A DNA stretch of 64,000 bases, from positions 70,246,001-70,310,000 of the forward strand of contig OX597815.1 of assembly GCA_951406725.2 (NCBI GenBank), in the 5' to 3' direction. Below, one piece after another: positions 13,227-25,555 of this stretch. The stretch comes from Octopus vulgaris (Eukaryota). Each line of letters starts with the position of its first letter. Position 1 is the first letter of the stretch. The notes under the pieces were generated by a model. That model saw only the letters and a list, made by a program, of their open reading frames with translations, made no database searches and was not told the origin of the DNA. Made by a program: the position numbers and the translations under genes.

Positions 13227-13347
13227 CTTCAAGTCATTAAATCGTAACTTTGCCTGCAACGCGGTTGTATCTTGAATTCCGCTCCAACATATTAACTGAA
13301 TCAGTGTAGTGGCGAAATATCTTCTATTTTAAACTAACCCATTCCGC

Positions 13348-14838
13348 ATGAAAACAAGAAAATCATCAGAAAATATTTTAACCAAACATGTATGGATATG
13401 CAAGTGTGGAAAAAGTTTAACCCAGAAAAAAAGGAACTGGATGGACAAATCTTATGAATTATATAATAAACCAGCATCCAGAATATTCTACTACACAAGC
13501 AAACGGACAACCATCTTTATCGAATTTTCTTTCACCAAGAAGTAGTTTGGTCAGTCGCTCAGCCTTAAATGTTTATGGTTGGATTGAGTGGGTATGTGTT
13601 GGTTTAAAAACATTTTCTTTTACTGAAGACCCACTGACTCGTAAGTACACAAACTTGCGAAGTATGAAAAATATGACCTTAAAGAAAGACATGGGGAAAC
13701 TTACTCAAGAAGTGGAAAAGAAAATATATCTGATGAACTTCCAAGTAAATTCTCGTTGGTAATTGACGGTTGGACTAAGGGTTCAAAGCATTTCATTGGA
13801 CTTTTTGCACCTTATTCGTGCACTTATCAAAATGACTATTGTACTGTTTTGCTGGCATTTTCGCCAGTGCTAAGTGAAACATCATTCACTGCTTCTGATT
13901 ATGACGAATTTATGGAATATGTGTTAAGTGTCTATAACAAAAATTTAGAAAATGTAGCTATTACTGGATATAATACTGAAGTGGACAAATCTGTAGCGAA
14001 TTTGTGTAGAATATCATTGATTGGATGTACCTCTTATAAATTCAATCTGGCGGTTTCTGCTGATCTCGACGAACAGGAAGTTCTGTTTGATAAAATTATT
14101 ATGTTTATTTGCAAGCTAAAATCATTAAAACTTACGGGTAAACTTCGGGGAAATACGTCTTTGCAACCTATACAAAAAAAAAAATAAAACCCGTTGGTCC
14201 AGTACTTATGACATGATTGAGAGGTACATCCAACTCAAGCTGTCTTTTTAAGGCGATTCAAAGCTGGTTGATTATCTGATGACTCCACGCGATCATAATT
14301 ATTTGCAGATTCTAAAAGACAATTTAGAAAAGTTACGCTCAGTAACAGTCGCCTTACAAAGAACAGAAATAGATTTGGGAGATGCTCGAATTCTCTTTGA
14401 CGAAATTCTCACATTGTATCCTTACGAAAAGTTTTTATAATATTTGCTTCCATCAGCCCAAATTTTGAAAGTGGAGTTGTGAAAATTTTACAATATGCAG
14501 TAGCAGAGCTAACTGCGGATAAAGTGGCTGCTCTACATCAGCTGAAAGTGGTAAAGACACGTCACAACAGTCTGATTTACCTGTAGAAGGTGATCATTTT
14601 GCTTCAATTTGTTTGAAAAGACACAAAAAAAAAGATAAAATTTCACCTCAGCAATATCTGAACTGTAGATTTTTGTCACCAACGTCCAACATCTTATAGT
14701 TTCTTCAGCTCAGCATGTTACGCTTTTAATGATTTTCAGAAATACTTAACACCAATGAATTTAGAATTGCAATTATTTCTAAAAGTCAATCGCGCTTTCT
14801 GGGATGAAGACCTAGTTTCTGCAATCTGCAATCGTTCA
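13348..14838 (+). pseudogene. hAT transposase pseudogene (frameshifts and stops)
   Basis: BED-like WICKCGK..GWTNLMNYI..QHP; ALNVYGWIEWV; IDGWT; LLAFSP; LIGCTSYKFNLAV; TRWSSTYDMIERY; PTSN dimerisation region; LELQLFLKVNRAFW. Confidence 0.85.
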
Positions 14839-15868
14839 TGACCTTTTGCTATATTAGAACATCTTAATTGTGCTACTCGTTTGAGAAACTCTCTCAACTA
14901 AAGACCTTCAATTTATTTGTTTTTCAACTACTGTACAATGTAGCGTATCCATCTATTCTGAATCAATAAAATTGAACTTTAAACGTTTTCTGATAATAAA
15001 GGTTTTTTGAAACTGTAAGATGTGCCTTTTATTTTGATTTTTGGCTCTTTATCTAAATCGAAGCTAACACTCCAAAATATATGATGTTTTCACGTTCGGC
15101 AAAATAATTGACAGTTAGCTGCAATTAATTGCAATAAATGATTGGCCCGTATCCCAATTAAAATTAATTGATTGCTAGGAAAATAACTGATTGCAACCAC
15201 AATTGATTGCAAACCACAACCAAGACTTCAAGAAGACCATCATCACTGGTGATGAGACATGGGTTTATGGTATCTGCTCGATGCGTTCGGCCATCTTGCC
15301 TAGGATTTTGCCTACGCGGCATTAGTTTTGGCGGGAGAAAATGAAGTCGGATAATTTTTAAACATACCTCGTATGTATGTATGTATGTATGTATGTATGT
15401 ATGTATGTATGTATGTATGAATGTATGTATGTATGTATGTATGTATGTATGTATGTTTGTATGTATGTATGTATGTATGTATGTATGTATGTATGTATGT
15501 ATGTATGTATGTATGTGTGCGTGTTTGTTTCTGACATCAACACAAACATAAACATCAATTGCAACAGTGGTACATAGTATGAAGTAGATAAGCAAATCCA
15601 TTTCAAATAAAGAGATATAATGTGATATCTTAGTGTATTTCAATGAAATGTCTTTGGTCTTAGGACTTTGAGGACTGACTTGAGATAAAACAGCCACAAC
15701 AGAATTAGCAAGAAAAATATAACAACTGCAACACCGGCAATACCCGACCATCATCACTGACATCTAAACTAATGAAACCCACATCATCCTCATTATCAAC
15801 CCACCAATATTTGAATCCAACTAGCTGCAGCAGATATCAGCATGCACGCCAACACATATGTATGCATG

Positions 15869-15940
<72 letters not shown>

Positions 15941-16000
15941 TTCAGCTAGAAGTGCAAGAGGCGAATTGTCTATAAAATTTGGTGAAAGATTCTCTTCGAC

Positions 16001-18828
16001 CAGCGCTTCTCAAACTTTTTTCATTCATTACTCCATTTTTCATCAGATTTTTTCGCAACCCCAGGTATTCAATATGAAATAAAACATACAAATAAATTCA
16101 TTAATCAATTATTATTTTTGCTGAACAATTAGAAAAAAGTAGTTATATTATTTGCCAAAACAAAATTAATTTTAGGATTTGTTTAAAGTACAAAAATAAA
16201 CCCCAAAATAAAAATCAATGTGACGGATGTGCTTTTTTTGTTGCATAACAAATTAAACCTTTATGTAATATTTGACACTGCTGGACGTAAAGCATCTTCT
16301 ATGTTCTTCAGCGTTGAACGATATTTGGTTTTACCAAGGATTAAAGTTGAAAAACTCGTTTCACATAGGTATGTAGTGCTAAATGACAAAAGAATATCTA
16401 ATGCCATTTCAGAAATTGCAGGAAATTCAGCTTTAGCTCCGATTCGGATTTCAGTCAAAGATTTTTTTGTGAATTCAGGTTTCAAGTTTGAGTCGGTCGA
16501 TAGCTCAGCGAATTCTTCTTGAGCTGTATATGGCAGATGATTAATATCACCAATGTCAATTGGAAAAGATTTCTGAATCCAAGATAACTTTTTGAAATTA
16601 AAATTCAATATGAAGTATTTGCGAAACTGTGTTTGTAGGGTATTTAAGTGGTCTATAATAATTGTTCCAATCAAATTTTTACAATTATTCTTTTCAATTA
16701 TAAAATCGTTGATAACCGGAAACATTTGGAAAGAATCATTTTTCACCCCATTCTTCCAAATGTTGATCTTTTTTTATAAAACCCTCAATTTTATCATTCG
16801 AAGTAAATATATCACTTTTCTTTGTTTGAAGAGACAAACTGAGATCGTTTAGTTTCTCAAAAATATCTAACAAATAGCATAAATTTGAAAGCCATAAGTC
16901 ATTTTGTAAAAGAGCCAGCAAGATCAGCTTTTTGTTTGGTTAAAAAATATAATACTTTTGTCTTTGAACTACAAGAGTTTGTTTAAACTTCGCCCTCTTG
17001 ACAGCCACCTTACGTCTGAGTATAATAATAAGTTTTTGTATTCTGATTCCATGTCTTTACAGAGATTTGGAAATAAACAGCTATTAAGAGCACGGCTTTT
17101 AATAAAGTTTATAATTTTGATAACACCCTGAAGCACATTGTTTAATTCCGGTGTTAATTTTTTTGCTGCAAGGGCCTCTCAATGGATCATGCAGCGGGTA
17201 AAAGTTACATGATTATTACCAGCAGCTTTAACAAACCATTTAAAACCAATATATTCGCTCGTCATCACTTTTGCATCATCTGTGCATACTCCAACATAAG
17301 TTTTCCATAGCTACAGTTTTAAAAAATTCGTCAACTTTACTGTCTTTCCTCCCCTTGTATGTTCTTCCAAAGGCTGATAAAATAACAATTTTTCATTGGC
17401 GTTTTCTTTATAAATGTATCTGGCGTATGCTAACAACTGAGCCATTTTTGAAATATCAGTGTTTCGTCCGAATGAATTGCAAATTTTGGGTCTTCTTTAA
17501 GTATAGTAATAAGTTGCTCAAATTGGTCATTGCTAATTTCAATAATTCTATTGGCAACAGTGTCGTTCGACAAAGGAATTTTCCGAATTTCATCACCATT
17601 CCGCGAAGTATTTCTACCATCTTCATAGCAGCAGGTAAAAAAAGTTCTTCCCCAATAGACAAATCTGTAGCGAATTTGTGTAGAATACCATTGATTGGAT
17701 GTACCTCTCATAAATTCAATCTGGCGGTTTCTGCTGATCTCGACAAACAGGAAGTTCTGCTTGATATAATTAATATGTTTATTTGCGAGCTAAAATCATT
17801 AAAACTTACGGGTAAACTTCGGGGAAATACGTCTTTGCAACCTATACAAAGAAATAAAACACGTTGGTCCAGTACTTATGACATGATTGAGAGGTACATC
17901 CAACTCAAGCTGTCTTTTTAAGGCGATTCAAAGCTGGCTGATTATCTGATGACTTCACGCGTCATAATTATCTGCAGACTCTAAAAGACAATTTAGGAAA
18001 GTTACGCTCAGTAACAGTCGCCTTACAAAGAACAGAAGTAGATTTGGGAGATGCTCGAATTCTTTTCGACGAAATTCTCACATTGTATCCTTACGAAAAG
18101 TTTTTTAAATATTTGCTTCCATCAGCAGCTATTGTGCACAGCCCAAATTTCGAAAGTGGAGTTGTGAAAATTTTACAACATGCAGAAGCAGAGCTAAATG
18201 CTTTTATTTTTAGCAATTAGATATGAAACTTCGTATGTCGCTAAAAGATATTTTTCGTTTATAGTCATAAATTTCTCAAAATTTTGTTTTTCTATATTTG
18301 AAGATATAAACAGTCTTTCAAAATATATCTTTGGTTTATTGACGTATGAGAGATGTTTGGATTCAAGATGCTTTTTTAAATTTGAGGGTTTCATACTCTC
18401 CATGGCCAAAACGTTATTGCAAATTAAACAAAAATGTTGTTCCATACCATCGCTATTATTAAAGTAAAGCCAAATTGGAGAACTGACTCATCGTATTTTT
18501 TTCTTCGCATCTTAGGTGCCTCTCTCTGATTACTAGGTTCTGCTTGAACAGACTTTGTAGCATTGCCATTTGCGTCATTACTTTTGTTACTCAAGTTCAA
18601 CCATTTATCCATTAAAAAATATAAATAAAATAACTTTTCATAAAATACTTATGAAATTATTTAAATAAATACTGACCTCAATCGAATAAAATACTAACAT
18701 ATATTGTTATTTATACGCTTGTTAAGTTGAACACAATCAACCAACTACACTGAAAATACATATGTTGCCACTGCACTAGTCGCAACGGTGTCGCACGCGC
18801 GTTTTATTACAGCAGCGCTTGTGTGACG

Positions 18829-18830
<2 letters not shown>
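16001..18830 (-). mobile_element. Charlie/Buster-type hAT transposon with disrupted transposase
   Basis: 3' TIR CAGCGCTTCTCAAACT at 16001; minus-strand peptides RRKKYDESVLQFGF, CLICNNVLAMESMKPSNLKKHL, IGEELFLPAA, IPLSNDTVANRI, YLLDIFEKLNDLSLSLQ, FSTTYLCETSFS. The 5' terminus is uncertain. Confidence 0.85.
17658..18197 (+). other. 540-bp copy of the hAT B transposase interior inserted antisense within the Charlie transposase
   Basis: Matches 13984-14512 (gacaaatctgtagcg...gcagagctaa); splits the Charlie motif YLIAKNK..|SIGEEL; no TIRs. Confidence 0.9.
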
Positions 18831-18909
<79 letters not shown>

Positions 18910-18918
18910 TGTATTTTA

Positions 18919-19040
<122 letters not shown>

Positions 19041-19097
19041 TGTATGTATGTATATAACATATGTATATATGTGTGTATGTATATATATATATATATA

Positions 19098-19529
19098 GGC
19101 GTAGGAGTGGCTGTGTAGTAAGTAGCTTGCTTACGAACCACAGGGTTCCGGGTTCAGTCCCACTGCGTGGTACCTTGGGCAGGCAAGTGTCTTCTACTAT
19201 AGCCTCGGGCCGACCAAAGCCTTGTGTGTGGATTTGGTAGACGGAAACTGAAAGAAGCCTTCGTATATATGTATATGTATATAATGTATGTGTGTGTGTA
19301 TATGTTTGCGTGTCTGTGTTTGCCCCCCCCCCAACATCGCTTGACAACCGATGCTGGTGTGTTTACGTCCCCGTAACTTAGCGGTTCAGCAAAGGAGCCC
19401 GATAGAATAAGTACTAGGCTTATAAAGAATAAGTCCTGGGTAGATTTGCTCGACTAAAGGCGGTGCTCCAGCATGGCTACAATCAAATGACTGAAACAAG
19501 TAAAAGAGTAAAAGAGTAGAGTAAAGAGT
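19098..19529 (+). mobile_element. SINE family A, full length
   Basis: tRNA-like A/B boxes (TGGCTGTGTAGTAAG / GGTTCAGTCCC), internal (TA)/(TG) tract, tandem GTAAAAGA tail. Confidence 0.9.
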
Positions 19530-19589
19530 ATCTATATATTAATGTATTTTTGTGTATGTGTGTGCGTGCGTGTGTGTGTCAGTGTGTGT

Positions 19590-19788
19590 TTGTGTGTGTT
19601 TGTGTTTGTCCCCACCATCGCTTGACACTTAGTGCTGGTTTGTTTATTTCCGCATGCATTAGCGGTTCAGTGAACGAAATTAATAGAATACGTACGATAC
19701 TTAAAATAAGAACTGGGGTGGATTTGCTCAACTAAACCTTTCAAGGCAAAGTTCCAGCATGACAACCATTAATTTGACTGAAACAAGT
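19590..19788 (+). mobile_element. SINE family A, 3' half (older)
   Basis: gtttgtcccccaccatcgcttgac...ttccagcatg...gactgaaacaagt. Confidence 0.75.
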
Positions 19789-20448
19789 TGTAGTGGATCT
19801 TGCATGCATGAAGTGGATTCGATCCACTATAGTCAAATTTAAATTAACACTGCAACAGAACTTTTCCTACGAGGGAACAATGGTTTTTCTCTGACAACAG
19901 TTTTACATTTTCCAGATGCCTTTAGCTAGGCCGAAATAATGTCTTCACCACTTGACACTTTCTAACCTCTTCTACTTCACCAAAAGCTAGACTAGAGATA
20001 TCAAGACCACCTACTAAATCTATTGTTCTCAATGATATATCTATCCTTCTAGATAGTTATATAAACCAACACATCCCAAGCATAAATCAGTTTGCTCAAC
20101 GGAGTTAGTCACTTGTCGACAACTGAACGAGTCAACTCGTGACGACTCAATTAGTTAAGGAAAGGATTGCTAGAATATAATGGTCAGCGAGAGAAATGAA
20201 AATTCCTGTCGGCAGCTGTGAGACAACACCACACAATTCTCTCTAGCTCTAATTCTGTCCCTTACAACGTCATTCTATCTCTCTCGGTAATTACTACTAC
20301 TAAACAATGAAGAGGACACATACACAAACTTTACTTCGCATGCTTTTGGATGTATCAAAACCTGCTCGTCGAGGCAAGGTATTGTAACGTAACGGTAAAT
20401 AAATATTTCCTTAAAACTTCATACATTGTACATCTTTCACATCTTACA
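19789..20448 (+). mobile_element. Possible solo LTR
   Basis: TGTAG...TTACA termini, AATAAA ~50 bp before the end, interrupts a SINE tail; no direct TSD seen. Confidence 0.3.
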
Positions 20449-20529
20449 ACTTGCCGTCATAATAACAAATAATTATTGTCACACCAGATGACTACGACAT
20501 CATCATAATATTGTTTACAATTCAATTAG

Positions 20530-20945
20530 CTGTTACAAAGTGAAAGATAAAGATAAAAGAAGATGCTTTCGAAATGCAGATGAACAGAGGCAACATCGTC
20601 CTACGGAAGGATGGTTTCGAAGTCTCTGTTCCTGAAATCGGCACAAGTGAAAGCGTAGTGTGTAGGTTATGTTTGGAAGATACATGATTGGGAAATTTTA
20701 GGAGTGAATAAAAGGTAGTAACATCTATGTGAAAGTGGGCGTTGTTGGATGTGGTGGCAAGTAGATCATTGAAGTACAAAAGATAGATGTATAGGGAAAA
20801 CCTAACCCTGGGGCATGACAGAGGTGACAGAGTCAGGAACAGAAAAAGCTCTTTATGGGCACGGTCGAAAGCTTTGGTAATAACTCGTGTAGGGCAGATC
20901 ATCAGTTGATCTGATCCCACGGAGGCTGTACAAGTTGTAAGTTGT
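20530..20945 (-). mobile_element. Decayed CR1/Jockey-group LINE reverse-transcriptase fragment
   Basis: KAFDR, PQG-like region, LLYFNDLL and a degenerate YADD region on the minus strand. Confidence 0.55.
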
Positions 20946-21074
20946 CCATTAATGAAAGCAGAGAGAGAGAGAGAGACAGAGAGACAGAGAGAGAGAGACA
21001 GAGAGAGAGAGAGACAGACAGACAGAGAGACAGAGAGACAGACAGACAGACAGACAGAGAGAAAAGAGAGAGAG

Positions 21075-21113
<39 letters not shown>

Positions 21114-21204
21114 CAGACAGACAGATAGATAGATGGACAGACATAAATTGAAGGTGTTTGGAGGAGTCTTTGTTAATGGTTGTCTCTCTTATCTTCGAAT
21201 TAAA

Positions 21205-21555
21205 AAAAATCTTGGCACAAGGCCAACAATTTAAGTCGATTACATTGACCCCAGTGTTCATAAGGTACTTATTTTATCGACTTCGAAAGCATAAAAGGCA
21301 AAGCCGACTTCGGTATAATTTGAAATTAGAACGTAAGGCCGGAGGAAATACCTATTTCTTTACTACTCACAAGGGGCTAAACACAGAGAGGACAAACAAG
21401 GACAGACAAATGGATTAAGTCGATTAAGACAAATGGATTAAGTCGATTATATCGACCCCAGTGCGTAACTGGTACTTATTTAATCGACCCCGAAAGGATG
21501 AAAGGCAAAGTCGACCTCGGCGGAATTTGAACTCAGAACGCATTTCGCCCGGCGA
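21205..21555 (-). mobile_element. Two adjacent SINE family B (Meta-domain-like) copies
   Basis: Reverse complement of gttctgagttcaaattccgccgaggtcgactttgcctttcatcctttcggggtcgattaaataagtaccag; the 21350 copy has a Tx1-like 3' tail. Confidence 0.8.
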
Positions 21556-21895
21556 ATTACCTTAGAAATATTGCGAGTGCAATAAGACAATTGTTAACAA
21601 GGACAGAGTTGTGTCTCTTGCGTATGAGATGCACTGTGACGTGTTTCCTAAAATGAGGATAGATCCTTATATTTGTTGAGTTTGGGGGATAGCTGTAGAC
21701 TGTAATGTATGAGAGTACTGGAAGGGACAGTATTTGACTGGCGATCTTGTTGGATTTCAGTAACCATGATGTCTAAAACAAAATAATGAACCAAATAGTT
21801 CTAAACTGGGGTACATATAAAATTTTGTTGTTAAAATTTATGTTCAAATATTTGGTTATACTTCTACGAAATATTTTTTTTTATTTTTTATACAA

Positions 21896-21990
21896 TCTAT
21901 AATAATAAAAGCGAAATTCTGTCTGTCCGTCTGGGATCCCTGTATCTCAGCCTACATTTGCTCTACATAAACATGTTATACCTTTTTGAA
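21896..21990 (+). mobile_element. Possible Helitron 5' end
   Basis: a|TCTATAATAATAAAAGCG..TCTGTCTGTCCGTCTG resembles invertebrate non-autonomous Helitron 5' termini; no 3' end identified. Confidence 0.35.
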
Positions 21991-23112
21991 ATCATGATGA
22001 TCTCGGGATTGAAAACCTGCTGAGCATCCAGCATAGGGATCTGATTTTAAAGCATTTGGGCTGATATTTCTAGCAGGTAAAGTTTGGCTGATTCATACCA
22101 TCTTGGTAGCGTTTGTCAGATGACATCAAAGATCAAGCGGGAGTTAAAAGACATTCGCTTCGTTAATTTTACGTCGAGATAAGAACTTTGGAACAAATTG
22201 GCCAACAATTGGAATTCAGCTTGGGACTGGAACAATAGAATGATTGCATTACAGAATTAATTCTCGTCCGTACTTAACTTGTGATCAAACACCAAAGCAG
22301 TAGCAGCCACGAGAACTGAACCAGCAACACCGCCACCATCGCCACAGTTAACAACACTAGCAACAATAGCAATAACAAGCACCAGCGGCAGCATTAGCAG
22401 TTTCCCCGACGGCAACAACACCAACTTTAAACAACAACAGCAGCGTCGCTATCAGCACCAGCAATACCAACAGCTTCCTTAATGTCCACAGTAGCAGACC
22501 TGACAACCCCTGTAGCAGCAGCTACAGGTCCAGTGCACCTGTAACGGCAATAACAGTAGCAGCAGCAGCGATAGTGGCACTAGCAGAAACACCAGCGGAA
22601 CCACAGCTAATGACACCTCTAGCAGCATTGGCAGCTTTCCCACCAATGACGAGGACCACAATAACAAGAGGGCCTTCACCATAACCGGCAGTGGCGATAT
22701 CATTACCGATGCCACCACCACCTCCGGCGACTCTAACACCAGCAGCCTCAGCTCCAACAACAACAATCTCGACGGCAGCAGCAACAGCAACAACAGCAAC
22801 ACCAGCAAGTACATCACCGACAACACATGCCTATAGAGATACATTGGCTGTTCCGGGAACTCCTTCAAGCAACGTCATTCCAACCACAGGTCCTCCTTCA
22901 GAGTTCCGGAAAGGAAATTCGTAACATCACTGGCCAACCACGTCTGGTAACTCAGAGACGATGGGATTCTATACTCGATCTCGTGAAAAATCCTCGAGAA
23001 CCCAGGCCCCTACATCAAGAGTGTGCTCTACATCTTAGAGTGTGTTTCCTCTTTCGGATTTATGGTTTTTACAAACGATATATATTGGAGACTGTCAGAA
23101 TGATGTGGGCGC

Positions 23113-23152
23113 CTCTGATGAGAATCCAGTAAGATTCGAAAGTCTGCGGAGA
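23113..23152 (+). ncRNA. Hammerhead core, cleavage triplet decayed
   Basis: CTGATGA-GAATC-cagtaa-GATTC-GAAA; no NUH at the expected position. Confidence 0.55.
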
Positions 23153-24468
23153 AATGGTTACAATTTGCCCTGTTTATAATTATGCCATATCATACACATA
23201 AAGGGATATCGAACTTATCCTCAAGTCAAGAAATTTTCGACGCCGCAGCCCCCTATTACAATGAGGTACTGGCGTCCAGTGGGTTTAAGGACCGTATCTT
23301 CTACGTGCCGGGCCCTAGCACCCACAAAAGGAAGCCGGAACGTCATTTGGTTTGCTCCACCCGTTTCACTCAACTTCAAGGCTTAAATGTGAAGACTATT
23401 CCTCAGGTTATTAGACAAACATTTCCTGCAGAAACACAGGTACGGACGTTTGTTCAATAGGCACAGCCTAAGGGTCTCCTTTATTTGCGCACCCAACATG
23501 AAAACATCCATAAAACGCGGGAGGAGGCCCATTGCTCATACAAGGAGTACAATGACTGCCCAGTGGTGGGAGGAGGAGCAATGCGAGGCTGTGGTGATAC
23601 CGAAACCTAGTGACCATAGTAATAGCAGCAACGGCTAATCCAACAACACCGACAGCAACGGCAGCGGCAGAAACACCAGCACTGACGCCAACGACCAGCA
23701 CTACGGCCGGAGATGACCACGCCAATACCAGCAGCATGAGAGAAGTTACCGGTCCGACGCCCAGTATTACCAACGACGGCAACCACACCACCATCAGCGG
23801 CAACACTACGGCCAGGAATGATTACTACAACGGCAACAGCCACAACAATATCGCCAAACCCACGCTCCGTAACAGCAGCACCGATAGCAGCTCAGTAACA
23901 ACTGAAGATGCAACAGAAACACTCAAGCCCGGAAATATACCGGGTCAGCCGGGACTGCCTTCAAGTAGCGCCTGTATAACCACAGGTCCTCTTTTAGGAT
24001 TTCGGAAAGACGATTCATCACATCCCTGGCAGAGCACGTGTGGCGCCTCAAGGATGAAGGGACCCCATACAATATCAAGTGGAGGATTATAGAGCGGCTG
24101 GGATCCTATATTAACGGGAGCGGACGCTGCAAGCTTTGCTTAGCTGAGCGAGCAAGGAACCTCAAAGACTTTCTGGAACCAGGATTATTGAATTCACAGC
24201 GAAAGATTTGCAACCCCTGCATCCATTTCAAATGTTATCTACAGCAAGCATTGTATTCCCAATTCATCGATTAGGTCCGCAAAAGTCTTTACGAGCTAAA
24301 AGCAACATAGAGGCGGAGTTCCCCGTTCTCCCTTTTGACTCAGATGGACAGGTCTAAGGAAGATAACTCGTCCTCGCTAAGCCGGATTTTTAATTCTTTA
24401 TTTACTTACTAACTGACCGTAACGGTTTTCTACCTCCGAGTTCTAAAGAACTATATTGTCTTCGATTT

Positions 24469-24532
24469 TAGAGTCTGACGAGTCGTCCATGGAGCTAAGC
24501 CCTTTATGGATGCAAAACCATTAGTTAATCTA
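24469..24532 (+). ncRNA. Degenerate hammerhead at PLE 3' end
   Basis: tagagt-CTGACGA-..GTCCATGGAG..CTTTATGGAT..-AAAAC-CATTA-GTT-aatcta (GAAA mutated to AAAA). Confidence 0.5.
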
Positions 24533-24618
24533 TGACCAGACGTATACTTAACTGCATATAAGTATATTATTGCTCTATGCTTTAGAGTGTGCTTTTTTTC
24601 GGATTTATGATATGCAGA

Positions 24619-24664
<46 letters not shown>

Positions 24665-24671
<7 letters not shown>

Positions 24672-24845
24672 GTAATTAAGGGTTTAGCAACGAATTGCCT
24701 CACCAACACACCGAATTCGTTGCTAAACCCTTAATTACTTAATATTACTTAAATTTTCCTCGAATGGGGCTTTTACATGCCGAAATCTACTTGGTGTAAT
24801 TGATAATTATTCCAAATTAATTAATTTCACCCTTTATTGTTACTT
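24665..24845. repeat. Cassette between (TA)n tracts with a 32-bp perfect inverted repeat
   Basis: Arms 24665-24696 and 24714-24745, 17-nt spacer, followed by a unique ~100-bp tail. Confidence 0.85.
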
Positions 24846-24871
24846 ATATATATATATATATATATATATAT

Positions 24872-25555
24872 GGCGAAGTTTCGCATGTCGTAGATCAGAT
24901 TTCCGTCGATTTCCGTAAAAAACTTTTATTTTTTTACATAAGTAATGAGAGCGAAAGAGACTAAGAGGAAGCGATTTTACGACGAGAAGGTTTCACTTTG
25001 AAGTCGGCCTGTGTGTGTTTGATGGGGTGTGGGAGACAGACAGTATGTTGTGTAAGTGAAGTGCTTCTGTTAGTGTGTGTGAAGAGACAGAGAGAGTAAT
25101 GTGTGAAAGAGAGAGATAACTGATTTTTTACTCGGTGTATGTGTATAAGTATGTATGCATGTATGTGTGTGTGTGTGTATGTATCTATGTGTGTGTGTGT
25201 AAGTATGTGTGTGTGTATGTATGTGTGTGTGTGTGTGTATGTATGTATGTGTGTGTGTGTGTGTAAGTATGTGTGTGTGTATGTATGTATGTATGGCCGA
25301 TTCATAGTAATTTTTTACTCGGTGTATGTGTATATGTATGTCTGTCTCTTCACACACACTAACAGAAGCACTTCACTTACACAACATACTGTCTGTCTCC
25401 CACACCCCATCAAACACACACAGGCCGACTTCAAAGTGAAACCTTCTCGTCGTAAAATCGCTTCCTCTTAGTCTCTTTCGCTCTCATTACTTATGTAAAA
25501 AAATAAAAGTTTTTTACGGAAATCGACGGAAATCTGTGCTACTACAACCGAAACT

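Larger units (their letters stand above)
11479..15206 (+). mobile_element. hAT-superfamily transposon B inserted in mariner A
   Basis: Left terminus CAAGGGTTGCAA, decayed right terminus TTGCAACC..; near-8-bp TSD gtgcaaac(11471-78)/ttgcaaac(15207-14); AATTAATTG subterminal repeats at both ends. Confidence 0.8.
10842..15371 (+). mobile_element. Mariner-like element A, interrupted by a hAT insertion and internally deleted
   Basis: ~70-bp imperfect TIRs (..tatccgactttattttcccccgccaaaactaatgccgcgt.. at ~10860 and its reverse complement at ~15315-15371), TA flanks. Transposase KRYCIEFCLKL...DMLN..CAN continues after the insertion as HNQDFKKTIITGDETWVYG (15215-15270). Confidence 0.85.
22290..24622 (+). 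mobile_element. Two tandem Naiad-type Penelope-like element fragments ending at (TA)n
   Basis: Copy 1: RYIGCSGNSFKQRHSNHRSSF..TSLANHVW (22836-22946) and a hammerhead core at 23115. Copy 2: ISNLSSSQEIFDAAAPYYNEVLASSGF, FNRHSLRVSFICAPNMK, CPV..C..VV(Y), KYTG..FK*RLYNHRSSF, IKWRII, CKLCLAE, LLN..CIH, and a hammerhead-like motif at 24475. Confidence 0.85.

Noticed and set aside
17271-17921. 216-aa ORF as a novel fusion gene
   Set aside because: Antisense Charlie sequence read into the inserted hAT fragment; TTG start, ends at the shared premature stop.
24961-25471. Two opposite-strand ORFs with identical C-termini
   Set aside because: By-product of the perfect TIRs of the fold-back element.
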